A DNA stretch of 64,000 bases from a virus. The stretch lies in IMG/VR virus record IMGVR_UViG_3300028043_000001, positions 1 to 64,000 of that record; one strand, given 5' to 3'. Made by a program: the position numbers and the translations under genes. This document shows, one piece after another, positions 18,867 to 27,762 of this stretch (positions are counted from its first letter, which is position 1; each line of letters begins with the position of its first letter). Below the pieces are notes generated by a model that searched no databases, was not told the DNA's origin, and was given only the letters and a program-made list of their open reading frames with translations.

Positions 18867-19105
18867 CTCCCCATTACCCGAAACGCCATGCCTTTAGGCT
18901 GAATTGTCCTCACTGTGATTGCCAGTTTTGGTCTCTGTCAAAAGATGTATTTAGGCTACAAGCCAAGAATGGTACGTGTTTTGCGCGACACTGTCCCGTG
19001 TGCAAGGAAACTTTTATGGCGAAATTAATGGATTGCGAGGATTGTAATTACCGTATTGACTGCATTGTTTTACAAATTTCTCACCCCTTTTCTTTTCGAA
19101 AATGA
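18863..19105 (+). CDS. small Cys-rich zinc-finger protein (CxxCxxRxDC family)
   Basis: CPHC..CPVC..CEDCNYRIDC. Confidence 0.7.
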   Translation: MTPHYPKRHAFRLNCPHCDCQFWSLSKDVFRLQAKNGTCFARHCPVCKETFMAKLMDCEDCNYRIDCIVLQISHPFSFRK

Positions 19106-19365
19106 GTTCCTTAACAGCCTCGTGTCCACTATGCGAATGCGTTCAAAGCATCCCTCTGTCGGACACTATTGCGGCTTATTTTGAGGGCGGCCAAGGGCGC
19201 CTCTGCGTGAAGAAGGAATGTCTATGTTGTGGTACTACTTTTTTAGTTCCCGCGAAACAAGATTGTGAAAACTGCCTCAACCGCATCGATTGCCTTTTAA
19301 TCCCCCGGGGGAAAATGTTGAATTCAATATTAACAACCCGAAACCGAGTACTTGCAATTAAATAG
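19102..19365 (+). CDS. small Cys-rich zinc-finger protein (CxxCxxRxDC family)
   Basis: CPLC..CLCC..CENCLNRIDC. Confidence 0.7.
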   Translation: MSSLTASCPLCECVQSIPLSDTIAAYFEGGQGRLCVKKECLCCGTTFLVPAKQDCENCLNRIDCLLIPRGKMLNSILTTRNRVLAIK

Positions 19366-19375
19366 GGGTAATTGT

Positions 19376-19669
19376 ATGCGCCGCGTCAGATTATATGTAG
19401 AGCACTCCTACCACAGTGTATATGATATCCCCATTCCCTCTTCCTTGATGTGTGGGAAAAGCACACTCGAAGAGTTAAGTGATAACGAGTATTTAAAGTT
19501 GCACAATTATATTGAAGATCACGCCGGCGATTTCTGGGTTGAAGAAATACCTACGGACCAGGCTCTACCCTCAGAACTTGTCCTTTTAGCCGAGTGTAAG
19601 CTGAATGAAGACGAAGAAAAATGTATGGAGTGTCGTGCACGCCTAGCGTGTTTAATTGATCATGCATAA
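19376..19669 (+). CDS. protein with C-terminal CxxCxxRxxC module
   Basis: CMECRARLACLI. Confidence 0.6.
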   Translation: MRRVRLYVEHSYHSVYDIPIPSSLMCGKSTLEELSDNEYLKLHNYIEDHAGDFWVEEIPTDQALPSELVLLAECKLNEDEEKCMECRARLACLIDHA

Positions 19670-20108
19670 GAATCCCATCAATGAAAAGCCAGTAATTGAC
19701 GAGGCTCCGCGTAGAAAAACAGGGCGCCGCAAACGGCGAAAGACTGCTTGTGCAGATTTAAGGAGAGGCTACTTCAATTGTGGTATCTGTGGCTCTGCAG
19801 ACCATGTGTATGAGGTACTAACTACCTGTGAAGTATGTAGCGCAGAGGTTTTCACCATCGAGACGCGAGACGGGTGGTGGCCTCCTAAGGGGGAGAGGCC
19901 TTGTGGCTGCCAGTACTTGAAAAAAGGCGTCTTTGTCTGTACAACGCGTAGCCGGATTAGTAGGAAAGTATGCGCGGTATGTGGTAGTATGGAGGGCCCA
20001 ACATGTCCCTCTTGCAAGAAGGGGAGAGGCGGCAGTTGTTGGACTTCACCCTATGGCGAAAAACGCTGCTCGTGCGGCTTCAGGCATCCAGGGTTTAGGA
20101 GAGAGTAG
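19662..20108 (+). CDS. multi zinc-ribbon protein
   Basis: CGIC, CEVC, CGC, CAVC, CPSC, CSC. Confidence 0.6.
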   Translation: MHKNPINEKPVIDEAPRRKTGRRKRRKTACADLRRGYFNCGICGSADHVYEVLTTCEVCSAEVFTIETRDGWWPPKGERPCGCQYLKKGVFVCTTRSRISRKVCAVCGSMEGPTCPSCKKGRGGSCWTSPYGEKRCSCGFRHPGFRRE

Positions 20109-20256
20109 CCATGGGGCGCTGGATGGCACCTTTTTTCCTTGGTATAGTTGTGGGGGAGGTTATAGCTTATAGTCTCCCCCTCAAACGCCCCGAAGAACTT
20201 CTAGCGGTGTGTTTAGTTTTTTTGTTCACCGGTTTTGTAGCTTGGGTGACTCAAAG

Positions 20257-20430
20257 ATGACAGTCGTTAATATTCTTTGCCCTTGGTGTAATGAATGGAA
20301 AAAAGCCACCTCTCCTCTAATTGAGATTGGGCATGGAGCTGTTAACTGGACGTGTCCCGATTGTAAGACACACTTTTCTGTGCAGATTGAATTCCTTGAA
20401 GTTCCGGATGTTGAATATATAGTAAAGTAG
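20257..20430 (+). CDS. small zinc-ribbon protein
   Basis: CPWC..CPDC. Confidence 0.5.
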   Translation: MTVVNILCPWCNEWKKATSPLIEIGHGAVNWTCPDCKTHFSVQIEFLEVPDVEYIVK

Positions 20431-20482
20431 AAAGTTTTTTCGCTTTCGTTTTTTCTTCATCTCGTTCAATTTATAGAACGAG

Positions 20483-20854
20483 ATGAGCGTAAAGATATCC
20501 TGGCAAGAGATTGAACCCCAATTTAATCGTGCTGCCGAGCACCTCGAGGGGGTGTTTACCCAAACCATTAGGATTTGTGAGCTTTTTGAGCAACTAAATC
20601 TCGAAGTGCTAAAAACGTGTGAAACCGACGACCAGTTTTTTACTCGAACGAATGCGAGCCTTGAGGTCCTAAACTTGATAACCCAAGTTTCTAATCCTGA
20701 GGCAATCCCCGTAGAGGTTCTAGCCAGAGCCTCCTACATTTTTCTCCAAGCTAACTATATGTTGGAGATTATTTCAAGGGTCCTCGACGCGATGGCCTTC
20801 CAGTCAACAGTACCTAAACCCACAGCGTTTGATGGAGGTCACCAGTATCACTAG
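20483..20854 (+). CDS. hypothetical helical protein
   Basis: 123 aa ORF. Confidence 0.6.
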   Translation: MSVKISWQEIEPQFNRAAEHLEGVFTQTIRICELFEQLNLEVLKTCETDDQFFTRTNASLEVLNLITQVSNPEAIPVEVLARASYIFLQANYMLEIISRVLDAMAFQSTVPKPTAFDGGHQYH

Positions 20855-20876
20855 GTGATGAAAGGGAGTTTTTTCG

Positions 20877-21356
20877 ATGATTTGGCCTTGTCAAGATCCG
20901 GAAGAGAACTTGTTTGAGTTCTATGGTGATCCAGGAGAGAATCAGGTTCGAGTGAAGACGCCCTACCCCCTCGTTATAGCTTGGGACACTAGTAAGACCG
21001 TTCATAGCTTTTTGTGCCATGAGCTGGTTAAGAGCTCCTTAGAGAGGATCTTCGCCCAAGCACTAAAACATTATGGCTTGGCCTCTATAACAGCCCTCGG
21101 CTTGAACATCTGGGGCGGTTGCCTGAACATTAGGCCGATGACTGGCAACCCAGATAGGCTCACTTTGCATAGTTGGGGGATAGCTCTTGACTGGCACCCA
21201 ACTCAAAACCGTTATGGCTGGAACAAGAAAAAAGCCCTCTTTGCGCAGCCTATATATAATGCGTGGTGGGACATTTGGGAAGCTGAAGGCTGGACTTCTC
21301 TAGGTAGGGCCATCGATAACGACTGGATGCATGTACAGGCAGCGAGTTTATTGTAG
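20877..21356 (+). CDS. M15-family zinc peptidase (endolysin-like)
   Basis: GGCLNIRPM..LHSWGIALD..DWMHVQ (HxxxxxxD / DxxH). Confidence 0.85.
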   Translation: MIWPCQDPEENLFEFYGDPGENQVRVKTPYPLVIAWDTSKTVHSFLCHELVKSSLERIFAQALKHYGLASITALGLNIWGGCLNIRPMTGNPDRLTLHSWGIALDWHPTQNRYGWNKKKALFAQPIYNAWWDIWEAEGWTSLGRAIDNDWMHVQAASLL

Positions 21357-21836
21357 TCATTCTAAAAAACCTTCCAACAACCCCTTTTTTCAAAAGAGCC
21401 AAAAAAATCAATTGATTTACCCAATTTCAATCAATTAAAATATATTATCTTCTAAATATATCACACGAATAAGGGGGTTCTATGGGAAAGAAAAACTATA
21501 GACTTCCCCAAGAATTTGACAAACCAAGGCTTAGAAAATGTGGGTTTTGGTATGCTGTAGAAATATATGGTAAGCCAAAGAAAGGTAGGGGGAACTTAAA
21601 AAGTGTTGAATCTGCTTTTCTTGACAACATTGTCGCTGATTTTTTAAAGAAGGGAAAGAAGGCTAAATGACAGCGCGATTATATAAAACCGCGTTATTGC
21701 CCGCTTAAGGAGGTTTAGATAATGGGTTGGGGTCTAATTATATTTTTGATTTTGGTGGTCTTGTGGACTTACTGGAAAGAGGACCAGCTTTGAGCTACTT
21801 AGATGGCAAACCCAAAAGAATTCCAAGATAAAAAGG

Positions 21837-22127
21837 ATGATGACGATGCCAAAGGTTAAGGTTTATAAAATTGTTAAGACCATTACAGACGATGGTTTAT
21901 TCGAAATTGACAATCCCGATGTTCTTGGACACGAGCTCCTAAAAGTTGTAGACAATGTCGACGTGAACTTCCGCACGAAGAGTGGAATCGAACATTCCAA
22001 ACTTTGTGCGTCAGTCCAAGACATGCAATGGAATACCACCTTCTTTATTCCCCTTGAACTAATCGCCGAATCCCACGAAATTGTCATTCCCGACGCTACC
22101 CCTGAGCAGCCAAGTAGAAGGAGATAA
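21837..22127 (+). CDS. hypothetical protein
   Basis: 96 aa ORF. Confidence 0.55.
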   Translation: MMTMPKVKVYKIVKTITDDGLFEIDNPDVLGHELLKVVDNVDVNFRTKSGIEHSKLCASVQDMQWNTTFFIPLELIAESHEIVIPDATPEQPSRRR

Positions 22128-22130
22128 CTT

Positions 22131-22367
22131 GTGGGCATGGTTCGTTGCTTAGAGTGTGGCAAGATTTTGGAAAGTAAGTCACGCCACGACTTCCAATCTT
22201 GTGGTTGCCCTAACAATACCTTTGTGGATGGTGGTGAAGACTACCTTAGATGTGGTGGTAAAGATTTATCAAAGGTGCAAGTCATCACAACCGAAGAGCA
22301 GCTCGTTCGAGGAGGAAGCCTCTCGGACTCCATTGCAACCTACTCTAAAAATAAAAAGAAGGAGTGA
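22131..22367 (+). CDS. conserved phage zinc-binding protein
   Basis: CLECGKILESKSRHDFQSCGC..VDGGEDYLR. Confidence 0.7.
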   Translation: MGMVRCLECGKILESKSRHDFQSCGCPNNTFVDGGEDYLRCGGKDLSKVQVITTEEQLVRGGSLSDSIATYSKNKKKE

Positions 22368-22372
22368 AGACC

Positions 22373-22600
22373 ATGGGTGAGTTGAGAATTTTGGACCCCA
22401 CACACGGCGACCTTAAGGTCATTTGGGATCCCAACAACGAAAACGAGGTTGAAGCAGCCCGCAACCAGTTTAACGAGCTACTCAGAAAAGGCCACCAAGC
22501 TTTTGCTGTTGACAAGGTGGGTGAAAAAGCCAAGGAAGTTAAAAGGTTTGACCCCGAAATGGGTAAGGTAATTCTCTCACCTCCAGTAAAAGGAGGCTAA
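22373..22600 (+). CDS. small Gly-Gly-terminated protein, candidate second Ubl-like modifier
   Basis: 75 aa, ends KVILSPPVKGG*; SD aaggag before ATG 22373. Confidence 0.6.
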   Translation: MGELRILDPTHGDLKVIWDPNNENEVEAARNQFNELLRKGHQAFAVDKVGEKAKEVKRFDPEMGKVILSPPVKGG

Positions 22601-22603
22601 CCC

Positions 22604-23227
22604 GTGGCTAATTGCACCAGTAGTTATATGTTGAGTTCTTGGGCAGGCAACACAGCCACCACGAATGACACAGTGTGGTACGGATGGAATACTTTTGACT
22701 CCACTACCTCTTCTTCTATTGACACCTACACTACGTGGACTAACTGGAATCTAACATTTACCACAAGTGATGTGTGGGTTACTTGGGTCTCCTATCCGAC
22801 GTTCCCCCAGGCAGTTGAATCTGAAGAGGAGTTACAAGCTCGACAGCAACGTGAGGAGGAATTGAGGCGCGAGCGGGAGGCAGAGAATGCGCTACGAGAG
22901 CAGGCTGAGGCTGCCGCCGAAGAGCTTCTTGAAGACCTCATTGGCGAGAAGGAAATGGAAGTGTTCAGGTCTACTGGGCGGATGTTGGTCAAAGGTAAGG
23001 AGTTTGACTATCTACTCCATCGCGGTGGTGCTGTACAGCGCGTGGAGAAAGACAAGATCGTCGACCTGTGCATCCATTTGCCCTACAAGGCAAAGTATGT
23101 CGATCTCGACAATGTTATCGCGCTTAAATGTTTCATTCAAGGTTGTGAAAAGGATTTCAATAAGCAGGCACATTCCCGCGGTTCTAGACCCAGGCCTGTG
23201 GAACTTCCTCTAGCCGCGAATGGTTAA
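22604..23227 (+). CDS. partner of GG protein: Trp/Thr-rich N-terminus, coiled coil, C-terminal LCIH domain
   Basis: 3 nt after previous stop; AEAAAEELL..DYLL..LCIH..DNVIALK..EKDFNKQA. Confidence 0.65.
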   Translation: MANCTSSYMLSSWAGNTATTNDTVWYGWNTFDSTTSSSIDTYTTWTNWNLTFTTSDVWVTWVSYPTFPQAVESEEELQARQQREEELRREREAENALREQAEAAAEELLEDLIGEKEMEVFRSTGRMLVKGKEFDYLLHRGGAVQRVEKDKIVDLCIHLPYKAKYVDLDNVIALKCFIQGCEKDFNKQAHSRGSRPRPVELPLAANG

Positions 23228-23233
23228 ACTTGT

Positions 23234-23580
23234 GGGCGGAATAACGAAGCTGCACAAAAGCTACCCGCTGTGACCTACCGCCTCTAATGAGGGGAGGTGA
23301 ACTGCCGCTTTGTGTAGATAAGTACGGGTTAATACCCGGATTCCGCCCTTCAGATTTCGAGTTGGGTGCTATAGAGCCTGGGATAGTAGGAGAGGTGCTT
23401 TCTTACTATCCCAAGTCAACTTTAACAACGAAGAGCGTCACTGAGGAAAATAAGCCTCGATGGTGCGCACCACCTAGGTGAAGGTTCCCCACGCGATGCT
23501 GTGAGCGTCACTCTATGCGTTAGGAGGTAATCATCTCAAGGGGAGCTCTTCCGCCGTAAACCCAAATATCGACGGAGGAG
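23234..23580 (+). ncRNA. candidate structured leader / riboswitch-like element upstream of 3D-domain gene
   Basis: stems gggcggaat/attccgccc, ctgcacaaa/tttgtgtag, cgggt/acccg, 15-bp tgggatagtaggaga/tttcttactatccca, gaagagc/gctcttc; ctcttccg can alternatively pair with SD cggaggag. Confidence 0.45.
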
Positions 23581-23585
23581 AGACA

Positions 23586-23990
23586 ATGATTGGGTTTCTT
23601 TTAGTGGGGATTCTTTTGTTGAGTCCCATAAGGGCTGAGAGTTGCAGCATAGTTCCGATCGGCAAAATAAATGTTACATCGTACACGTACTACAAAAATT
23701 CTAAAAACATTACCGCCTCCGGCAAGAAAGTCCGAAGCGGTCACATTGCGTTGAGCCCCGATATCAGAAAGCAATTTAAGCCAAAGTTTGGCGACAAGAT
23801 TTTCTTGGAAGGTTTTGGGCTTTTTGAGTATCAAGACCACATGCCAAATCAATGGCGTCGGAGGGCAGACATTTTTATCGCGGATAGGTCAACATGCTTT
23901 CGGTTTGGTTTGAAAAAAGGTGTTGTTGCCTATCTTGTGCGGCGTGAAGCAATGCACCAACCTGAAGAGGAGGGAGGACGAACAAATTAA
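23586..23990 (+). CDS. secreted 3D-domain (MltA-like) cell-wall protein
   Basis: signal peptide; VTSY..TASG..IALSPD..FGDKIFLEGFG..QD..RADIF. Confidence 0.8.
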   Translation: MIGFLLVGILLLSPIRAESCSIVPIGKINVTSYTYYKNSKNITASGKKVRSGHIALSPDIRKQFKPKFGDKIFLEGFGLFEYQDHMPNQWRRRADIFIADRSTCFRFGLKKGVVAYLVRREAMHQPEEEGGRTN

Positions 23991-24198
23991 GAGGACACCT
24001 TTCCCAGTGTGTGTGTTTTGTGGTGACTACTACGAAGAAGAGTGTCACTTCTGTGAGCTACGAGCCGACTGCAAAGCGGTTAATTATATTGACCACTGTC
24101 TCCTACCAGATACTGTATGCCCCTCGTGTTGGGAGATAATCAAAGACAAAACCCCTGGGACACGCGAAGAATTTCGCCAATATTTGAATGAGAATTGA
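23920..24198 (+). CDS. small Cys-rich protein (CxxCxxRxDC family); start uncertain, possibly ATT 23986
   Basis: CVFC..CHFCELRADC..CPSC. Confidence 0.6.
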   Translation: MLLPILCGVKQCTNLKRREDEQIKRTPFPVCVFCGDYYEEECHFCELRADCKAVNYIDHCLLPDTVCPSCWEIIKDKTPGTREEFRQYLNEN

Positions 24199-24211
24199 AG
24201 GGAGATAATAC

Positions 24212-24859
24212 ATGAAGCTTGTTGAGGAGTTCTGTTCAATTCAAGGGGAGTCGTCGTATGTGGGTAGACCCTGTTATTTTGTTCGAGCTCACGGATGTAA
24301 TTTAGATTGTCAGTGGCCATGTGATACCTTGTATGCGAGAGATGAGAAAACTTTTTACGATTCTCCCATCGAACAGATAGTGAAAAGATGCCGCCAGAAT
24401 CTAGTGCCATTAGTACAACTTACTGGTGGTGAGCCCCTATTACAAATTGATGAGGCGGCAGACTTGTGCCGCAAATTGGCAGATTTCAAAACGGTTTTGG
24501 TGGAGACTAATGGCACCATCTCTATAAAGCCCTTCAAAAATGCACCTAAAAACGTTGTTTTAGTTGTTGATTGCAAAACACCCTCGTCCGGAATGCACAT
24601 TTATTTGGAAAAATTTGTTGTAAACATTCCTCATCTTCGGAAGGTTGATCAAGTTAAGTTCGTAGTTGGTAACAGGGATGATTTTGATTTTGCAAGAGGC
24701 ATAGTCGAAAAATTTAGTCTCAGCGACAAGGTCAGCGAAGTCCTTATCTCACCAGTTTTTGGCATGATAGAACCCACTAGGCTTGCTGAATGGTTGCTTA
24801 GTGAACTTCCCGCGGCAAGATTTCAAATCCAACTTCATAAACTGTTAAACGTGCGTTAG
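24212..24859 (+). CDS. queE: 7-carboxy-7-deazaguanine synthase (radical SAM)
   Basis: EEFCSIQGESSYVGRPCYFVRAHGCNLDCQWPCDT, LTGGEPLLQ, ETNG, KFVV, QIQLHK. Confidence 0.92.
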   Translation: MKLVEEFCSIQGESSYVGRPCYFVRAHGCNLDCQWPCDTLYARDEKTFYDSPIEQIVKRCRQNLVPLVQLTGGEPLLQIDEAADLCRKLADFKTVLVETNGTISIKPFKNAPKNVVLVVDCKTPSSGMHIYLEKFVVNIPHLRKVDQVKFVVGNRDDFDFARGIVEKFSLSDKVSEVLISPVFGMIEPTRLAEWLLSELPAARFQIQLHKLLNVR

Positions 24860-24867
24860 GAGGTTAC

Positions 24868-25095
24868 ATGAAAGAGAAGGATGTCATGAATGTGATTTTC
24901 GCGGCTGACATAATGGCTGCTACTTTACAACACTTTTTAGACACTTTCACCAACATCCTAACTGATGAACAACGCGTTGTTATTGAAAACACTATCATTG
25001 ATCTTACCGAACCCTACATAAACGAAGCAGAAGGCGAATGCACTCTGCGCTATCAATTGCACAGCATGTTAGATGCGAGTGGTAAAACTCACTAA
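24868..25095 (+). CDS. hypothetical protein
   Basis: ORF after aggagg. Confidence 0.55.
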   Translation: MKEKDVMNVIFAADIMAATLQHFLDTFTNILTDEQRVVIENTIIDLTEPYINEAEGECTLRYQLHSMLDASGKTH

Positions 25096-25129
25096 CCCAT
25101 CCAAAAATTAACCTTGTGGAGGATTTTGT

Positions 25130-25810
25130 ATGACCTTGCAGAACTACTCTCACATCGCACTCGTTCTCGACCGCTCAGGCTCAATGTCTATGGTAAAAAG
25201 TGACGCCATTGGTGGCTACAACGAGTTCATCCGCAGCCAACAAACTGTTCCTGGAAAAGCCACGTTCACGTTAACTCAGTTCGATGACAAGTATGATGTC
25301 GTGCAAGAATTTGTCGACCTTAAAGACGCCCGAATTCTGGATGACGACAATTTTCAGCCCCGCGGTTTAACTCGCCTTCTCGACGCAATCGGCAAGACCC
25401 TGAATTTGGTAGGAGAGCGGCTCGACAAACTCCCTGAAGATCAGCGCCCTGAGAAGGTGGTTTTTGCTATCTTAACTGATGGCCACGAAAACGATAGCCA
25501 GGAATACACTGAAATTATTATTCGCGAGATGATTGCACACCAGGAAACTGTGTATAACTGGCAAGTTCTCTTCTTATCCTCCGACATCCGAGCCGAAGCT
25601 GATGCTTTAAAGTATGGCATCAGCCCACAGGCCACTTTAAGCTTTTCTAAGACTGGGGATGGCATGACAGCGGCCTTTGCGGGCCTAGCTGAAGCAACTA
25701 CCTTGTATAGGGTGGGAGCGTCGACTAAGGCGATGTTTGATCCCGCCGTCAAAGCCGAGCAACTCCGGCAAAGACTAAAAGAAGACAAAGAACAGAAGCA
25801 GAAAAAGTAA
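25130..25810 (+). CDS. vWA domain protein
   Basis: VLDRSGSM MIDAS, PRGLTRLLDAIG, ILTDGHEN. Confidence 0.88.
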   Translation: MTLQNYSHIALVLDRSGSMSMVKSDAIGGYNEFIRSQQTVPGKATFTLTQFDDKYDVVQEFVDLKDARILDDDNFQPRGLTRLLDAIGKTLNLVGERLDKLPEDQRPEKVVFAILTDGHENDSQEYTEIIIREMIAHQETVYNWQVLFLSSDIRAEADALKYGISPQATLSFSKTGDGMTAAFAGLAEATTLYRVGASTKAMFDPAVKAEQLRQRLKEDKEQKQKK

Positions 25811-25830
25811 ACTCTTAAAGGGAGGAAGCC

Positions 25831-26328
25831 ATGGTTGAGAATCCTGTTGATCTGTTTACGGAAATTCTGAAACCAAAGAGAAGGACGGCGGAATATCAAG
25901 ACGCCCCCGAAGTGCAAGAAATTGCCACCAACCTGATTTCCTCGTTGGAAATGGTTGATGCGCGGGACGCTCGAATAAAGTACCTTTTCAAGGTTTCCGA
26001 GAAACCCCAAAAGTTTGCAGGACGATGCCACAAGGCGGATAAAAAGTGGCACCACTTAACAGGAATTGACTTTGTAATTGAGGTTTGGGATGAGTGGTGG
26101 AGACGTGCCACTCCAGAGTCTCGCGAAGCTCTTGTGTACCACGAACTTTTACACATTGGCAAAGGCGAGACCAGAACCGGCAAAGTGAAGTGGTTTATCG
26201 TCGACCATCCAGTTGAATCCTTCTTTGAGGAGGTTAAACGCTACGGACCTTGGAGCCCACAGCTCCAAGAAATCGCGAGCCTTCTCCAACCCTCACCCGA
26301 AGCTGAGAGAGCGTCTTATGAAGATTAA
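25831..26328 (+). CDS. putative phage metallopeptidase
   Basis: IKYLF..DFVIEV..W..ALVYHELLHI..HPVESF. Confidence 0.75.
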   Translation: MVENPVDLFTEILKPKRRTAEYQDAPEVQEIATNLISSLEMVDARDARIKYLFKVSEKPQKFAGRCHKADKKWHHLTGIDFVIEVWDEWWRRATPESREALVYHELLHIGKGETRTGKVKWFIVDHPVESFFEEVKRYGPWSPQLQEIASLLQPSPEAERASYED

Positions 26329-26563
26329 GGAGATCCGAGTTGACCTCGAGAAAAGCCTGTCGGTAAACTTTAACTCAGTGCGTTTGCGGATTGGCTTTTC
26401 GAGCGAATTTGAGGGCGCGTCCTTAGAGGAGCTTGATCATGCGGTAGTTGTCCAAAAAGAGCATATTGAAAAGCTCCTCGACAACCAGATTCTAAAATCA
26501 GTACAAGCCCTCCCTCGGCTGAAGAAGAAGGCCGAATCTTTAAGCGAGGACATTCCCTACTAA
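26318..26563 (+). CDS. hypothetical protein
   Basis: MKIKEIRVDLEKSLSVNFNSVRL; overlaps previous stop. Confidence 0.55.
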   Translation: MKIKEIRVDLEKSLSVNFNSVRLRIGFSSEFEGASLEELDHAVVVQKEHIEKLLDNQILKSVQALPRLKKKAESLSEDIPY

Positions 26564-26743
26564 ATGCCTTTGTTTCACTGCACAAAATGTCATCATGAGT
26601 GGGAATCTGTTGCCCAGAAAAGCAAGTGTGGTTGGTGTGGAGCAAGAGGCTTTATCATCGGAGAGACCAGCTTCGAGATAATGGGCAAAAGAGAGGACTT
26701 TTGGGCCTTAATTAAACAACGGATCAGGAGGGAAGATGTATAG
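26564..26743 (+). CDS. small zinc-ribbon protein (below ORF-track cutoff)
   Basis: read manually: MPLFHCTKCHHEWE..KCGWCG, 59 aa. Confidence 0.55.
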   Translation: MPLFHCTKCHHEWESVAQKSKCGWCGARGFIIGETSFEIMGKREDFWALIKQRIRREDV

Positions 26744-26987
26744 TGTCAATGCAGAACGCCTTGGTGAAGAGTGGCGCGATTGTACACCAATTTATGTGCG
26801 CGCGCAGTTACCAGATGGCACATGGGTTGCAGCTAATTTAGCGCAGCTAACCAAAGAAAGCCTCTTGGCCTGGTTGCGCTCAGACGGCACCCAAAATCCC
26901 CTTGCCGAAAACGTAGTTGGTATCCTATGTGGTTATGATCACATCGTAGAAATGGAGAGGACCACAGGAGAAGCTCCCCCCGAATAA
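26736..26987 (+). CDS. hypothetical protein
   Basis: 83 aa ORF after aggagg. Confidence 0.55.
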   Translation: MYSVNAERLGEEWRDCTPIYVRAQLPDGTWVAANLAQLTKESLLAWLRSDGTQNPLAENVVGILCGYDHIVEMERTTGEAPPE

Positions 26988-27011
26988 TCTCATCTCACCG
27001 AAATCTGGGCG

Positions 27012-27050
27012 TTGACAGAAAGATTTACTTTATAGTATACTTTCTGTCAA
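27012..27050 (+). promoter_or_regulatory. sigma70-like promoter embedded in an 11-bp-arm inverted repeat
   Basis: TTGACA-N18-TATACT; ttgacagaaag (27012-27022) / ctttctgtcaa (27040-27050). Confidence 0.7.
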
Positions 27051-27076
27051 ATTAAACAATTGGGAGGAGTTCGCCA

Positions 27077-27700
27077 ATGGCCCAGATAAGGCAAGATGTA
27101 GCAATAGGGGAAGAGAATAAACTGGTTCTAGAGAACCAAGGCTTCGTCTACAGCATGGCTAACAAGTACGCCAGTTCAGGAGTCCCTTATGGGGATCTAG
27201 TCAATGCGGGGCTGCTAGGCCTAGTGATTGCATCCAAACGATTTGATCCCTCCCGCGGGTCAAAATTTATTTCTTTTGCCACAAGCTTCGTGCAACATGA
27301 AATGATACGCACGATACGTGAAACCCGATTCCCTTGTCGCGTTCCTCTGAGTCTTAATGCTATCGTGAACAAAATCAGAAGGGGGGAGGGAGATGAAGAC
27401 TCCCCCGAATTTGCAGCCATCTTACCCCTACTCAGGACGCCAGAGAGGGAAAGTTTTCATGGCGTGGAGGAGGGCCTCGAAGAAGTTTTAGTCAACCGCC
27501 TTTCAATTTCTCAAGCACTTGACCACCTCGATAATCGCACCCGCAATTTAATTACTAGGTTTGCGGGAATCAACTGCGAACCTTTAGGAATCTCGGAGTT
27601 GGCGGCCGAGTTTAAATTATCCAAACAACGTGTACGTAGCCTAATAAGTCAGGGTTTTTTGGCTATGCGTCGCGCTTTAAGCGACTTTTCCAAAAGTTAA
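27077..27700 (+). CDS. sigma70-family RNA polymerase sigma factor
   Basis: region 2 DLVNAGLLGLVIASKRFDPSRGSKFISFA; region 4 ISELAAEFKLSKQRVR. Confidence 0.9.
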   Translation: MAQIRQDVAIGEENKLVLENQGFVYSMANKYASSGVPYGDLVNAGLLGLVIASKRFDPSRGSKFISFATSFVQHEMIRTIRETRFPCRVPLSLNAIVNKIRRGEGDEDSPEFAAILPLLRTPERESFHGVEEGLEEVLVNRLSISQALDHLDNRTRNLITRFAGINCEPLGISELAAEFKLSKQRVRSLISQGFLAMRRALSDFSKS

Positions 27701-27762
27701 CCTTAACGGCAGCACGACCTCTTAGGGGGCAAAACATTTCTTTAGGGTAAGGAGGAAAACGT

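Noticed and set aside
23441-23490. ctgagga resembling a hammerhead CUGANGA core
   Set aside because: No correctly placed stem II plus GAAA and cleavage triplet could be built
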